Source: Nitrospirota bacterium (GTDB taxonomy: Bacteria > Nitrospirota > UBA9217). From it: a stretch of 64,000 nucleotides of DNA. The DNA lies in contig CAWFSF010000003.1 in assembly GCA_963818475.1 (NCBI GenBank), positions 1 to 64,000 of the forward strand, written 5' to 3'. Both the position numbers and the translations under genes were made by a program. Below the pieces are notes generated by a model, which was not told the origin of the DNA, ran no database searches, and saw only the letters and a program-made list of their open reading frames with translations. Below, one piece after another: positions 20,049 to 29,906 of the stretch. Positions within the stretch are counted from its first letter, which is position 1; every line of letters begins with the position of its first letter.

Positions 20049-20363
20049 CCAAGACGCGACCCTCCTATGGGGTATCTGAAGTTCAATGGCGCGAAGAACA
20101 TCTTCGGGTCATTTTTTTTCGCGACGCAATGCGTGCATCAACGTCCCCTCCCAGTCACCCAGTTCAACCACCCTACAGACTGATATTTCAAGGCCCCAAA
20201 GAGGTCCCTCCTGCCCCTCGGAGAGGACGCATGGCCGATATTTACGGACAGAAGAGAGCTCGTAATGAGAAACGGATGAAAGGCTTTTAAAAGCAGGAAA
20301 TGGAGTGTTGAAGGTTGCAGGATTTGGCGCGTGTTTCGTGACCTTATGGGTTCGCTACAGGAG

Positions 20364-21305
20364 CTACAGCGTCCGCATTTTCTTTTGCGCCACAAACGCT
20401 AATCTACTCCAACCGAGCCTGCCGAATACGCGAGCAAGCACTTTTATGGTATGTCGCTGCATTCTTCTGAATTCCTCGAATTTCGGATTTTTCCCGAGAA
20501 GCCTGTGGGTTTCGATATAATCATCAACCAGATGGGAGGCTGAGATAATGTTCTTCGGAAGCGCCTTGGAGCCGACCGCTGCGATCAGGTTTTTCCATCC
20601 CGGTTTGCCAAATACCCTGTCCAGGACTTTCGGTGTATGGCACTGGGTTAAATATTCACTGATACTCGGACGCCTGCCGAGCGCTTGCTGGAGCTTGAGA
20701 AAGTCCTGAATGAGGTGTTTCGCGCTCAAAGACCACGGCCTTGACCCCCTTTTATTATTTTCGTACGTTACGAACCCTCGCCAGGCGTTCTCTCCGAAAC
20801 GATATTTAAGGTCCTTGAGGGAGTATCCCGAGAGTTTTTGATACTGTGCAAAACTCGGCGCTTTTCCCAGCTGCCTTCTGAGATCGCGAAATGCGCTCAA
20901 CATCATGGCCTTTGTCGGGCCTTTCCGCTTGCGCGTTTTCGGCTTGCGATAGTCTCTGACGGATTTAAGCAGCTTGTCCCAGCCGCCGAACAATCTGCTT
21001 AACGTGGCAGTGCTGCAGCACTGTTCTTCAAATTCCTCGAGGGAGGGAATTCTTCCGAGTTCGGCTTTCAGGCGTCGGTAGGAGTTTTGGACGGAGTCTC
21101 TGGTAAATTTGGGATAGGGCTTCGCGCCGACAGTTTTGAGGAAGTTTCTCCATCCCGGTCTTCCGAAAATACTTATGAGCAAGGTAACGCTGTGACAATT
21201 CTTCGCATATTCCGCGCAGGAGGGTTGTCTCTCCAGTTTTCGTTCGAGGTCGCGATAATCCCTGATGAGATGCTCCTCGGTTATTATTGACTTGTAAGTA
21301 CTCAT
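20364..21305 (-). CDS. Protein of five tandem homing-endonuclease-associated helical repeats; no nuclease domain seen
   Basis: Five ~60-aa units of pattern L..LG+.PS..EY....S...L...FG..W..L. Confidence 0.8.
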   Translation of the reverse strand: MSTYKSIITEEHLIRDYRDLERKLERQPSCAEYAKNCHSVTLLISIFGRPGWRNFLKTVGAKPYPKFTRDSVQNSYRRLKAELGRIPSLEEFEEQCCSTATLSRLFGGWDKLLKSVRDYRKPKTRKRKGPTKAMMLSAFRDLRRQLGKAPSFAQYQKLSGYSLKDLKYRFGENAWRGFVTYENNKRGSRPWSLSAKHLIQDFLKLQQALGRRPSISEYLTQCHTPKVLDRVFGKPGWKNLIAAVGSKALPKNIISASHLVDDYIETHRLLGKNPKFEEFRRMQRHTIKVLARVFGRLGWSRLAFVAQKKMRTL

Positions 21306-21323
21306 TTTCCACTCATTCCGGAT

Positions 21324-22619
21324 TCAAGTCAGGCCCTCGAAGCTGTCGAACAACCGGGGCGCCTTTTTCTTCAATAAACACACGGGACAGCCACCCCGTT
21401 TGTATCGGTCGATGACCGGTTCGCGCAATTCATGTCCCTTCTCGCACTTCCACCATATCTGCCTTCGCGAATAAGGCAATACGTCCTTCGGCGTCCATGA
21501 CGCATTTTTTGCCGGATGCCATTCCCGGGTAAGCCGGGGCCCTTTGATCTCGAGGCTGTTCTTCCTGTCGGGTCTTCTCCCTGAGCAATAAGGACATCCC
21601 CTCCCTCCGCTCCTGTGGCTGAGAGAATCTTCCCACTCATGACCCTTCCGGCAGGTCCACCATACTTTACGAGAGGAGAAGGGCATCACATCCGTTGGGG
21701 TCAAAGGGGCGTTTTTCCTCGCGTGCCATTCCTTTGCAAGATTCGGCTTTACGGCCTGAAGACAGTTTTCCTCATTTACCCACTGACCCGCGCAATACGG
21801 GCATCCGTTGCCGCCGGTCCTGCTCGCGATAACAGCCGCCCATTCATGCCCTTTCCGGCAGAGCCACCAGGCTTTTTTGCCGGACCTTGAAGTGACATCC
21901 GCCGGCGTCCAAGGAGCGTTCCTGGTCGGGTGCCATTGCCTGGCAAGACCGGGGTTTACCGTCCGAAGGCGGTTGTCCTTACCGACCTTCTTCCCTGCGC
22001 AATAAGGACACCCTCTCCCCTTGTTTCTTGCGCGAACCGGAATTTGCCATTCATGCCCTTTCCCGCACAGCCACCACACTCTTTTGACGGAGCCGGGAAC
22101 GATGTCCCCCGGCATGAGCGGTGCATTCCTCGTGGGATGCCACTCCCGGGCCAGATCGGGCCTCAGCGTCTGAAGACTGTTGCCATTGTCCACCCGCCTC
22201 ATCGCGCAGATGGGGCATCCACAGCCGTTATTCCTGTTGTATATAACAGCAGCCCACTCATGACCCTTCCGGCAGGTCCACCATACCTTCTTCCTGACGG
22301 ACGGCATCACGTCCTTCGGCGTCAAGGGGGCATTCTTCGTCGGGTGCCACTCTTTTGCAAGCTCCGGGTTTATCGCCTGGAGACAGGTGTCCGGGGTAAC
22401 CTTCCGTCCCGCGCAATAGGGGCATCCTCTGCCACCACTGCTCCTGTCGCATATCGCGGCCGTCCATTCATGGCCTTTCTTACAGACCCACCAGACTTTT
22501 TTATTGGAACCCGCGGTCACATTCCTCGGCGTGAGCGGCGCGTTCTTCGTGAGCTGCCACTCTCGGGCGAGCTTCCCGTGTGTTTGAGCCAGCGTAGGTT
22601 TAGCGATTTTCTTCATCAT
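21324..22619 (-). CDS. Protein of six tandem DUF4379-type zinc-ribbon repeats; no nuclease domain seen
   Basis: Six ~69-aa units of pattern LAREWHPTKN..TP.DV...S.KKVWW.C.KGHEW......R....GCPYC. Confidence 0.88.
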   Translation of the reverse strand: MMKKIAKPTLAQTHGKLAREWQLTKNAPLTPRNVTAGSNKKVWWVCKKGHEWTAAICDRSSGGRGCPYCAGRKVTPDTCLQAINPELAKEWHPTKNAPLTPKDVMPSVRKKVWWTCRKGHEWAAVIYNRNNGCGCPICAMRRVDNGNSLQTLRPDLAREWHPTRNAPLMPGDIVPGSVKRVWWLCGKGHEWQIPVRARNKGRGCPYCAGKKVGKDNRLRTVNPGLARQWHPTRNAPWTPADVTSRSGKKAWWLCRKGHEWAAVIASRTGGNGCPYCAGQWVNEENCLQAVKPNLAKEWHARKNAPLTPTDVMPFSSRKVWWTCRKGHEWEDSLSHRSGGRGCPYCSGRRPDRKNSLEIKGPRLTREWHPAKNASWTPKDVLPYSRRQIWWKCEKGHELREPVIDRYKRGGCPVCLLKKKAPRLFDSFEGLT

Positions 22620-22638
22620 GTAGTTATGGCGGCTTTCT

Positions 22639-22709
22639 CTGGTTCAGGCTGCAAACCTGAACCACACGTTAATGAGTCGGTTCAATCAGCATGATTGAAC
22701 CAGCAGCGG
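22639..22709. repeat. 71-bp double-hairpin REP-like repeat, copy 1
   Basis: GGTTCAGG..CCTGAACC plus GGTTCAATCAGCATGATTGAACC; direct copy at 24840..24910. Confidence 0.8.
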
Positions 22710-22770
22710 CAACATTCAAGACACGACCCTATAGGCTTCCGACCCTATAAGCTGAGGGCCTGTTAAGCCT

Positions 22771-24234
22771 TTACAAGCCCGGGCTTCCAGTAAGATAGGC
22801 CGCAGCCGCTTCCGCGGCCTTGGCGCCGGAATTGATGCAATCGGGTATGCCGACGCCGCCGTATGACCCACCCGCAAGGAACATGCCGGGGTGCTGCGCC
22901 ACGCGCTCATTGATCTTCTTCAGGCGATCGAGGTGTCCGATGGTGTATTGAGGCATCGCCTTCGGCCACCGGAATATCCACGTGCGCACCGGCTCGGCGT
23001 CGATCCCCATGATGTCTCGCAGCTCGACTTTCACTATCTTCATCATCTCCTCGTCGGACAGGAACGCCCGATCCTCCGTTCGAGCGCCCCCGAGAAATAC
23101 GCGAACGAGCGCATAATCGTCATTTGGCACGCGCCCGCTCCACTTGGTCGAGCACCAGGTACAGGCCTTGATTTTATGCCCCTCACCCAGCGGAACGAGA
23201 AACCCAAAGCCCTTGAAATCATGTTTTACGTCGCTTCTGCGATACGCGAAGGACACGGTAGCCGACGAGACTTGCGGTATTTCATTTAATACAGAGGAGA
23301 GTTCTCCGTCGATATTGTCGATCATGGCTGCGGTATCATACGAGGGCGAGGCGAGAATGACCGCATCGGCTTCCTTCGTCGTTCCATCGGCCATCCGGAG
23401 TTTGTAGGTGCTCGTACCATCCGCGCCTTTGATCTCTTCAACCATGCGCACGTCGGCACCGACAACTATCTTGTCTTTATCGAGCGCCTTGTAAACCTCG
23501 TCTACAATATCCTGCATGCCGCCCTTGAAGGACATATGCAGCGTTCTTTTCGAGGCCGGGCCTGAAGCGCCGGGAGTTGCACCGTGTCCCGGGGCCTTAA
23601 ATCTGCTTTTCATGGCAACGATCATCCCCTTGGTAAGGCTTCCATATTTCTGTTCCGTGTCGAGCAGCAGGGGAAAGGTGGCTTCGAGGCTCATGGTGTC
23701 CGGATCGCTGGAATAGATGCCGGCAACGAGCGGATCGGCGAGCCGGTCAAGGCATTCCTTTCCTAAACGCCGCTTCACGTAGCTCGAGAGCGTCTCGTCG
23801 CCGGGCTTCTTCCTGGGGATGAACAAATCCATGGCCATGCGCAGTTTGCCCGGCCAGGAGAAAAGGTTGGTGGTAAGAAAGGGCAGGAACTTGGTGGGAA
23901 CGATCAGCATGACCCCGTCAGGCAGCTCGCGCAGTTTATTCTTGACGAGAATGAAGGTCTTTTTCAACTTGTCGTTGCTCGTTATTAATTTATTGTCGCA
24001 ATGGAGCTTTCTCGCCAGCTCGAATATCGAGGGCTTGGTTGAAATAAAAGAGTCCGGTCCGCCTTCGACGACAAAACCATCATGTGTGCGCTCTGTTTGA
24101 ATCTTGCCCCCAAGACGGGAGCTTTTCTCAAGAAGTATATAATCGATATCGACACCCGCGCTCTGGGCTGCCTTAATTGCATACGCCGCCGAAAGACCGG
24201 TTATCCCGCCGCCGATTATGACCACTTTTTTCAT
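22771..24234 (-). CDS. hemY: HemY-type protoporphyrinogen/coproporphyrinogen oxidase
   Basis: IIGGGITGLSAA, EGGPDSF, GFGFLVP, AMPQYTIGH and GVGIPDCI. Confidence 0.93.
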   Translation of the reverse strand: MKKVVIIGGGITGLSAAYAIKAAQSAGVDIDYILLEKSSRLGGKIQTERTHDGFVVEGGPDSFISTKPSIFELARKLHCDNKLITSNDKLKKTFILVKNKLRELPDGVMLIVPTKFLPFLTTNLFSWPGKLRMAMDLFIPRKKPGDETLSSYVKRRLGKECLDRLADPLVAGIYSSDPDTMSLEATFPLLLDTEQKYGSLTKGMIVAMKSRFKAPGHGATPGASGPASKRTLHMSFKGGMQDIVDEVYKALDKDKIVVGADVRMVEEIKGADGTSTYKLRMADGTTKEADAVILASPSYDTAAMIDNIDGELSSVLNEIPQVSSATVSFAYRRSDVKHDFKGFGFLVPLGEGHKIKACTWCSTKWSGRVPNDDYALVRVFLGGARTEDRAFLSDEEMMKIVKVELRDIMGIDAEPVRTWIFRWPKAMPQYTIGHLDRLKKINERVAQHPGMFLAGGSYGGVGIPDCINSGAKAAEAAAAYLTGSPGL

Positions 24235-24315
24235 CGTTACCACCTTCGCGTTCATTCGCAATATCTTCCGGATTCAACGGATCCGGATAACGAATGGCTC
24301 TTGCTTTATTTTTTT

Positions 24316-24498
24316 TCACAACGCAACGGGTGCATCAACGTCGCCTCCTGCTCCCCTTGCCATTCTAACCGAATACAGGCTGTAGCGTTTGGTAGGGTAT
24401 AACACCAAGATAAAAGACGTGTATAACCATATAAAGGGCACCTCCAGAGCTATGATTAATGTTTCGACGACCTTTTCAAGCAATTCATGTGGTCCCAT
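24316..24498 (-). pseudogene. Probable truncated remnant of a nucleotidyltransferase-like partner gene
   Basis: Start overlaps the end of the 72-aa gene; plausible N-terminus (ELLEKVVETL) then degenerates. Partner identity is recalled, not verified. Confidence 0.3.
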
Positions 24499-24703
24499 GA
24501 AGAAATCTCCTAGCCACTTCTCCTGCGACTTTTTTATCGTCCCATTCCGGGTGAGTTTTCCGGAGGTGAACCGTCAGCATCGTGTGAGACGACTCCCACA
24601 TGGTAAAGCCGATCTGTATCCGCTTGCAGGGCCTCTTTCGCTTCAGGATTTCCGCCATTGCATCGTCCACAACCTCAATCTGTCCGGCATCCAGTCTGAT
24701 CAT
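24485..24703 (-). CDS. Small hypothetical protein (antitoxin-like, HPEWD...EVARRF)
   Basis: GGAGGG RBS; compact helical 72-aa ORF. Confidence 0.65.
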   Translation of the reverse strand: MIRLDAGQIEVVDDAMAEILKRKRPCKRIQIGFTMWESSHTMLTVHLRKTHPEWDDKKVAGEVARRFLHGTT

Positions 24704-24839
24704 CGTCCCTCCTGCTCCAACCTTTGCTCATTCTCATAAGTTTCGGGGAAACCCAGTGGCTTTGAAGTCATGACAGCGGCAGTACGGTTACTTTTTTCCG
24801 GCACCCGGATTCTGCGGCGGCTTCACAGGCACTCATTCG

Positions 24840-24910
24840 CTGGTTCAGGCTTACAGCCTGAACCACAGGTTAATTAGTCGGTTCAATCAGCATGATTGAC
24901 CCAGCAGCGG
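24840..24910. repeat. 71-bp double-hairpin REP-like repeat, copy 2
   Basis: Near-identical to 22639..22709. Confidence 0.8.
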
Positions 24911-24994
24911 TTATGCGCCGTAGAACATCTCCTTGGCGATCCTGTTTGTCATGCGTCCCTGAGCCCCGAGAGACGATTATCTGTCGCTATCCTT

Positions 24995-25057
24995 ATGTAA
25001 CTTGAGTTACATTAATTTCACGCTATGTAACTTAATCATCTTAAAGTTACATAGCGT
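24995..25057. repeat. Two adjacent palindromes built from four ATGTAACT half-sites
   Basis: ATGTAACT-TG-AGTTACAT and ACGCTATGTAACTT-N10-AAGTTACATAGCGT. Confidence 0.7.
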
Positions 25058-25078
25058 TCAGCACATATGACTTTATTT

Positions 25079-26251
25079 TTATTCCATAATCTTTAGGATA
25101 TCTTTGGCTACGTACATTCTATTTCGCTGTTTGTCCTCCAATAGTTTCACAACCCTGAGTTTTTCAAGCCCCTGGAGTGCCTTCATGGCGCCTTGATGGC
25201 TCACCTTGAATTTTTTGGCAACCTCTGGAGCAGAAATAATCGGCTTTTCGAACAAGGCGTCCGTAATACCGAGGACTAAGCCGGACACGCGCTTTTGTTC
25301 TTTCAGTTTTGCACGCCAGACCAGCTGCAAGTCTTGCAGTTCTTTTGCTCTGCCGATTGCGTCCCTGGACTGCTCGGAAACGCCTTGGAGGAAAAACAGC
25401 AACCATTCCTTCCACGCACCGCGCCGGCTGACATCAAGTAGTCGTTCATAATATATCCGCCTGTTTCGTTCAAAAAATGCGCTGAGATATAAGAGCGGCA
25501 GCGGCAGAAGACCCCAGCTTGAGAGCAGGATGGAGATCAAAAGACGCCCGATCCTGCCGTTTCCGTCGATAAAAGGATGGATGGCCTCAAATTGATAATG
25601 AATGAGTCCAATACGGACCAGCGGGGGATAGGTCTCGTCGGCGTGAATATACTTTTCAAGTTTATCAAGACCTGCGGACATTTCAGAAGCAGCCGGTGGT
25701 ACATACGTGGCGTTATTCAGAGTACAGCCTGCCGGTCCGATCCAGTTTTGCGACCTGCGAAATTCACCCGGTGTTGCATGGCCTCCACGCACACCCTTCA
25801 TGAGATGCTCGTGCATCTCGCGCATGAGCCGAAGGCTGACCGGAAGCGTCTTCAAGCGTTTCATCCCATATTCCATCGCAACGACGTAGTTATGGACCTC
25901 TTTGACGTCGGATTCCGGTATCGCGGCCCCTTTGCCCGCGAGCGGCGCTTGTCCGGCTTCGTAAGCATACAATTCCGCGATATCTGCCTGTGTCCCTTCA
26001 ATCCGCGAAGAGAGCACGGCCTCCCGGTGAATAAAGGGCCGGATCAGTAAATGGGGATTCGGCATAGCGCGGCCGAGTCCGGCCAGCTCGCCAAGACTGC
26101 GATCGGCATCGGACAACGCACGGATCAGCTCATGGTCGAAGGCAAGCTCCGGCGGCAGAAGATAGGGATTAAATGACCAGTATGCTGTATCGCCTTGACC
26201 GGCTTTTATGATTTTTCCAGACGAGCTTTTTCTGAATTTTTCTATGTCCAT
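25079..26251 (-). CDS. Fic family protein with C-terminal HTH
   Basis: Catalytic HPFIDGNGRIGR and N-terminal inhibitory SSRIEG motif. Confidence 0.93.
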   Translation of the reverse strand: MDIEKFRKSSSGKIIKAGQGDTAYWSFNPYLLPPELAFDHELIRALSDADRSLGELAGLGRAMPNPHLLIRPFIHREAVLSSRIEGTQADIAELYAYEAGQAPLAGKGAAIPESDVKEVHNYVVAMEYGMKRLKTLPVSLRLMREMHEHLMKGVRGGHATPGEFRRSQNWIGPAGCTLNNATYVPPAASEMSAGLDKLEKYIHADETYPPLVRIGLIHYQFEAIHPFIDGNGRIGRLLISILLSSWGLLPLPLLYLSAFFERNRRIYYERLLDVSRRGAWKEWLLFFLQGVSEQSRDAIGRAKELQDLQLVWRAKLKEQKRVSGLVLGITDALFEKPIISAPEVAKKFKVSHQGAMKALQGLEKLRVVKLLEDKQRNRMYVAKDILKIME

Positions 26252-26447
26252 AAAAATCTCCTCAAAGCTGGCTCGTTAAAAGTTATGCACCGTAAGAACC
26301 AACCTCCCGAAAGTTGTCCGATAAAGATGTCGCGTTTCATTGTCATTCTACCCGACCTACAGGCCCGGCCTTGCCCTCATCCAGCACGTATCTCACTTTT
26401 TTCAGCAGGTCCTTCGAGGTCTCCGTACGAACCAACGAAAGTTGGTC

Positions 26448-27548
26448 CTATTCTCCTATCATCGAATCCCACCATTTTAAAAGTGTATTACGCACAATAT
26501 ACTCAAAAGTATGCAAGTTGATAGGCGTGTCCTTTGCCAACCAAATACCCCCTCTGGCCTTAGTTGCCAGGCCAGTGGGCTTCTCAGAATATGCCTCCGT
26601 AATTCGAAAGGGCGGCTCGCACATGGGTTTGGGAAATGGAGTGCCTCCATGTAATGCTATAGAGCGCCAATTGTAAATGGTTTTCAACGACTCCCTAACA
26701 TACTCCCTATCCCAAGAGTGTTGAAAACCAATCGGCGGACGATCGAGAGGTGGCTCAGGTAAAAACTCCAAAACAAAATCTACGAATTTTTTTGTGGCTC
26801 CCATGTGGTCTGCGATTTGCTTCGCTACCTGCTCGACTAATTGCTGCCCACCCGCATTTCTTAGAATTTGTTCTAATACCGGGCTCTCCTTCTTAGAGCG
26901 CCAGTGTCCAGCAGCTGTTTCCAGCGCGGACACAAGCATCAACCATGTGAGTTCAGGTTCAGCTTCGGCAATCCACACCCCGTCTTGATATTGCCTGGCT
27001 GCTCTAACCAATGCAGCAGCACCACCGGGCGTGAGTAGTGGAAAATTTTTGAAGGGCGTAGCCATATCTAACGAATGTTCGCCCAATACCCGGGGCAAAA
27101 TAACCGACATCCGCGCAGAAGAAGGAAGTACGGGGTTGCGACCTATTTCATGCTCTGTTGGTTCTCCTCTGGGGTCTCCCTTTGGAAGAAAATGGCGAGT
27201 GTAACCGCCGGACTTAAGCCTTATGCCGAGACACAGTGCCAATAATGCAGCAATTTCGTCGTTGAGAAGACCCCCGTGATACCATTGAAAGTCAGTTTTC
27301 TCGAACCACGAGGTGTCGTGTTGGTACTCGACATGATACTCCACTCTAAGCACTATTGAAGGGGCAAGAGCATGTCGCGATGTTATGGGGACGGTATTCA
27401 AAAACAGATAAGGCCCATAACCAGATGTAAGCTCGCCGACTATGTGAGCGTCTGTGAATAAGGGATATTCATACGTTTCGTACGAGGGAGCACCATTTAA
27501 ATGCGCTTTCCAGTTGTCGAATGCGAACGGTCCTTGTTGCCTAGGCAC
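26448..27548 (-). CDS. HEPN-like (ApeA-type architecture) protein, putative RNase
   Basis: LMLVSALE followed by IYNWRSIALHGG (RxxxxH); lower GC than flanks. Confidence 0.6.
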   Translation of the reverse strand: MPRQQGPFAFDNWKAHLNGAPSYETYEYPLFTDAHIVGELTSGYGPYLFLNTVPITSRHALAPSIVLRVEYHVEYQHDTSWFEKTDFQWYHGGLLNDEIAALLALCLGIRLKSGGYTRHFLPKGDPRGEPTEHEIGRNPVLPSSARMSVILPRVLGEHSLDMATPFKNFPLLTPGGAAALVRAARQYQDGVWIAEAEPELTWLMLVSALETAAGHWRSKKESPVLEQILRNAGGQQLVEQVAKQIADHMGATKKFVDFVLEFLPEPPLDRPPIGFQHSWDREYVRESLKTIYNWRSIALHGGTPFPKPMCEPPFRITEAYSEKPTGLATKARGGIWLAKDTPINLHTFEYIVRNTLLKWWDSMIGE

Positions 27549-27697
27549 GAAGATTCTCCACTAATATTTGCAGGAAGCCTCAAGAGGATAATATACAGAT
27601 TGATTCATTATAAATGATAGCGTTTTTTAGGATTCATCGACGCCATCTACGAACATGCACATTTGTTGAAGATCAATAAGTCACTTCAGTCACAACG

Positions 27698-28645
27698 TCA
27701 CCTTCGTGGTCCGTGCATCTCTCGATACTTTTCAGTTGTATTCTCCTGATATAAAAGAGGGATAACGGTATCCATCGCAATTCGGTACGCAATATTATGA
27801 AGTAACAGAGCGTCCAGCTCAAATCGCCCATGGTCGTCCGGATGCCAAGCGTCTCTTCTTTTTGCTGAATGGTGATGCAGGTAACCTCTAAGCTTAACCA
27901 TATGCTCGATAATCTCTTCGGCAGTTTTGTTTTTAAATTTTTGCAGAAAACGGCCATAATGATTGGTGCCGATCATTAATTCTGAATCTGGACCTCTTAA
28001 TATTTTCTCAATGCAGTTTCTTAAAGGCGTTGATTTTTCAAAAACCTCCTTGACTGCTTGGTTCTTCGTCTTGCCCTCACCGAAAAAACTTTCAAGAAAA
28101 AAATAATAATCATAAAAAGCTTCTATGTATCTCTCTTCAGATATGTCTATCAGCCCTTTACGAAAAAAACTTAACGACGTTTCCACTTCTGCAGCATCAT
28201 CAGCAGCGATTATACTCCGTGCTAACAAATCAAAAGGCAAGAAGGGTAGGTCAGAAGCATTCATCTCTCCACGATGGGTTTCAAATCTATCAATTTTTAA
28301 TTTTTTCTTTTCTTCTGCATTCTCAGGAAGCCATTCTATTTCAAAATTTTTTAAATCAACAGAGTGAAGGCCGAATACTGACAAAAGAACTTCAATTGCA
28401 CGTACTTCTTTTTGAACAAATAGAAAACAGGGAGAAGGAACGTTTATGTGAGTTTTAACTCCTGCGGTAGGGTTTTCAATAACCACTGGAATATCACCAG
28501 CTTCATTAGCCGGAGCTGTAATCATTAACTGGCTGATCGTTTCATTCTCGGCAACAAATTGAAATTCTAACCCTCTTGTTTTAATCGGCTTTAAATCTGC
28601 AACCCTTATTTGACCGTGAACCTTGAATTTATATCTGCACTTCAT
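27698..28645 (-). CDS. HEPN-like protein, putative RNase
   Basis: YYFFLESFF followed by KLRGYLHH (RxxxxH); AT-rich. Confidence 0.5.
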   Translation of the reverse strand: MKCRYKFKVHGQIRVADLKPIKTRGLEFQFVAENETISQLMITAPANEAGDIPVVIENPTAGVKTHINVPSPCFLFVQKEVRAIEVLLSVFGLHSVDLKNFEIEWLPENAEEKKKLKIDRFETHRGEMNASDLPFLPFDLLARSIIAADDAAEVETSLSFFRKGLIDISEERYIEAFYDYYFFLESFFGEGKTKNQAVKEVFEKSTPLRNCIEKILRGPDSELMIGTNHYGRFLQKFKNKTAEEIIEHMVKLRGYLHHHSAKRRDAWHPDDHGRFELDALLLHNIAYRIAMDTVIPLLYQENTTEKYREMHGPRR

Positions 28646-28841
28646 CTTTTTACCTTACATTCAGTTTATTACACAATCGACTTCAAACCTCTTGTGTCGC
28701 CTATTGAAACTCGCAAAAATAATGAAGTTCACCCGCCTACGCGCTTAGCGGGGACTGTGTGTCTCTTTTTGTCCATATGATTCCTTGTTAGCTGTGTATA
28801 TGCAAATACTGGGTGGAGTTTCTGCCCAACATTCTTCCGAG

Positions 28842-29906
28842 TTACTCCAGTAATTCTATCCCTTTGACACTATCCCGATGACGCTTGCCATTGATGGCCA
28901 AGCAGATACCGCAATAATTACATTGCCTGGCATAGATTCCGGCAGGATTCGGATTGCCAAAAACCATATGACTACCAGAGAAGTCTTCCAACTTTCCGAC
29001 ACCACAGGCGGGGCAGTAGTCAAACATATTTTCGATTGGCGGGTAACCACGCATAATGAGTCGCCGAACATGATTATATGCCGTGATGGCCTCCTGTGCA
29101 CTACTCCATCTATTTGCCGAATTATGTCTGATTGTTCGAGAAAAGATATGATGAAGATGCCACGTATCTGGGTTTAGCGGAAACATTTTGGGCATAGACT
29201 TCGCAGTGAACGCTGGCTTTTCTCTTGAAAAGGCACGCTGGCCCGTAACAGCCGACCACAAGATTTTACCAGCAGAGTAAAGATCAGAGTTGATGCCTAT
29301 ATTTCCAGTCGCTCCGGATTCGCACTCTGGTGCCATGTAGTTAACTGTGCCAACACCCTCATCCGTAAGAGTAATGGTTTCGTTTCCTTCGACTTGGCAA
29401 ATACCAAAATCGATAACTCGGATAGTGCCATCTGGGACCATGAGGACATTCGCAGGACTCAAATCTCTATGAACAACTACAGGATCGTTCTTTTCACATG
29501 CCAATATCGCGTCTGCGAGCATGCGGAATAGTTCGAGGGCTTGCACTGGATCACAATAAAATGGATTGTTAGCTGCGCCAAGGATACTCTGCAGCGGCGT
29601 TGCACCCTCAATTGACTCCATCACATAATAATGAAATTCGTCCTCGCCCGAGGATGAATCAACAACTTTAATTATATAGGTGTGTTGAATGCTTTTGATA
29701 GCAGTTAACTCACGATAGAATCTCTCATAGGCTTGACGTGGTTTCCCTTTAGCAAGCCCTTTGAGCGCGTATTTCCCCTTGTACTCGCCCAAGGAATCTT
29801 CTACCTCTTGAATTTGCGCCTGTCCGCCTTCTCCAAGGGTTTTCCCTGTGGGTTTCCATCTGAGTTCTTTTGGTATTTTCATATATCGCTTCCTTCTTGA
29901 ACTCAA
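28842..29906 (-). CDS. Hanks-type Ser/Thr protein kinase with C-terminal zinc ribbon
   Basis: GEGGQA, ALK, HRDLSPAN, DFG, GTVNYMAPE, DLYSAG; CPACG..CNYCG. Confidence 0.9.
   Translation of the reverse strand: MSSRRKRYMKIPKELRWKPTGKTLGEGGQAQIQEVEDSLGEYKGKYALKGLAKGKPRQAYERFYRELTAIKSIQHTYIIKVVDSSSGEDEFHYYVMESIEGATPLQSILGAANNPFYCDPVQALELFRMLADAILACEKNDPVVVHRDLSPANVLMVPDGTIRVIDFGICQVEGNETITLTDEGVGTVNYMAPECESGATGNIGINSDLYSAGKILWSAVTGQRAFSREKPAFTAKSMPKMFPLNPDTWHLHHIFSRTIRHNSANRWSSAQEAITAYNHVRRLIMRGYPPIENMFDYCPACGVGKLEDFSGSHMVFGNPNPAGIYARQCNYCGICLAINGKRHRDSVKGIELLE

Noticed and set aside
21324-24910. CRISPR array
   Set aside because: The repeats are either degenerate coding repeats or only two copies 2.2 kb apart; no repeat-spacer pattern and no cas genes.
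24975-25015. dif/XerCD site
   Set aside because: TTATGTAACTT resembles a XerD arm, but no XerC-like arm lies at the 6-bp spacing.
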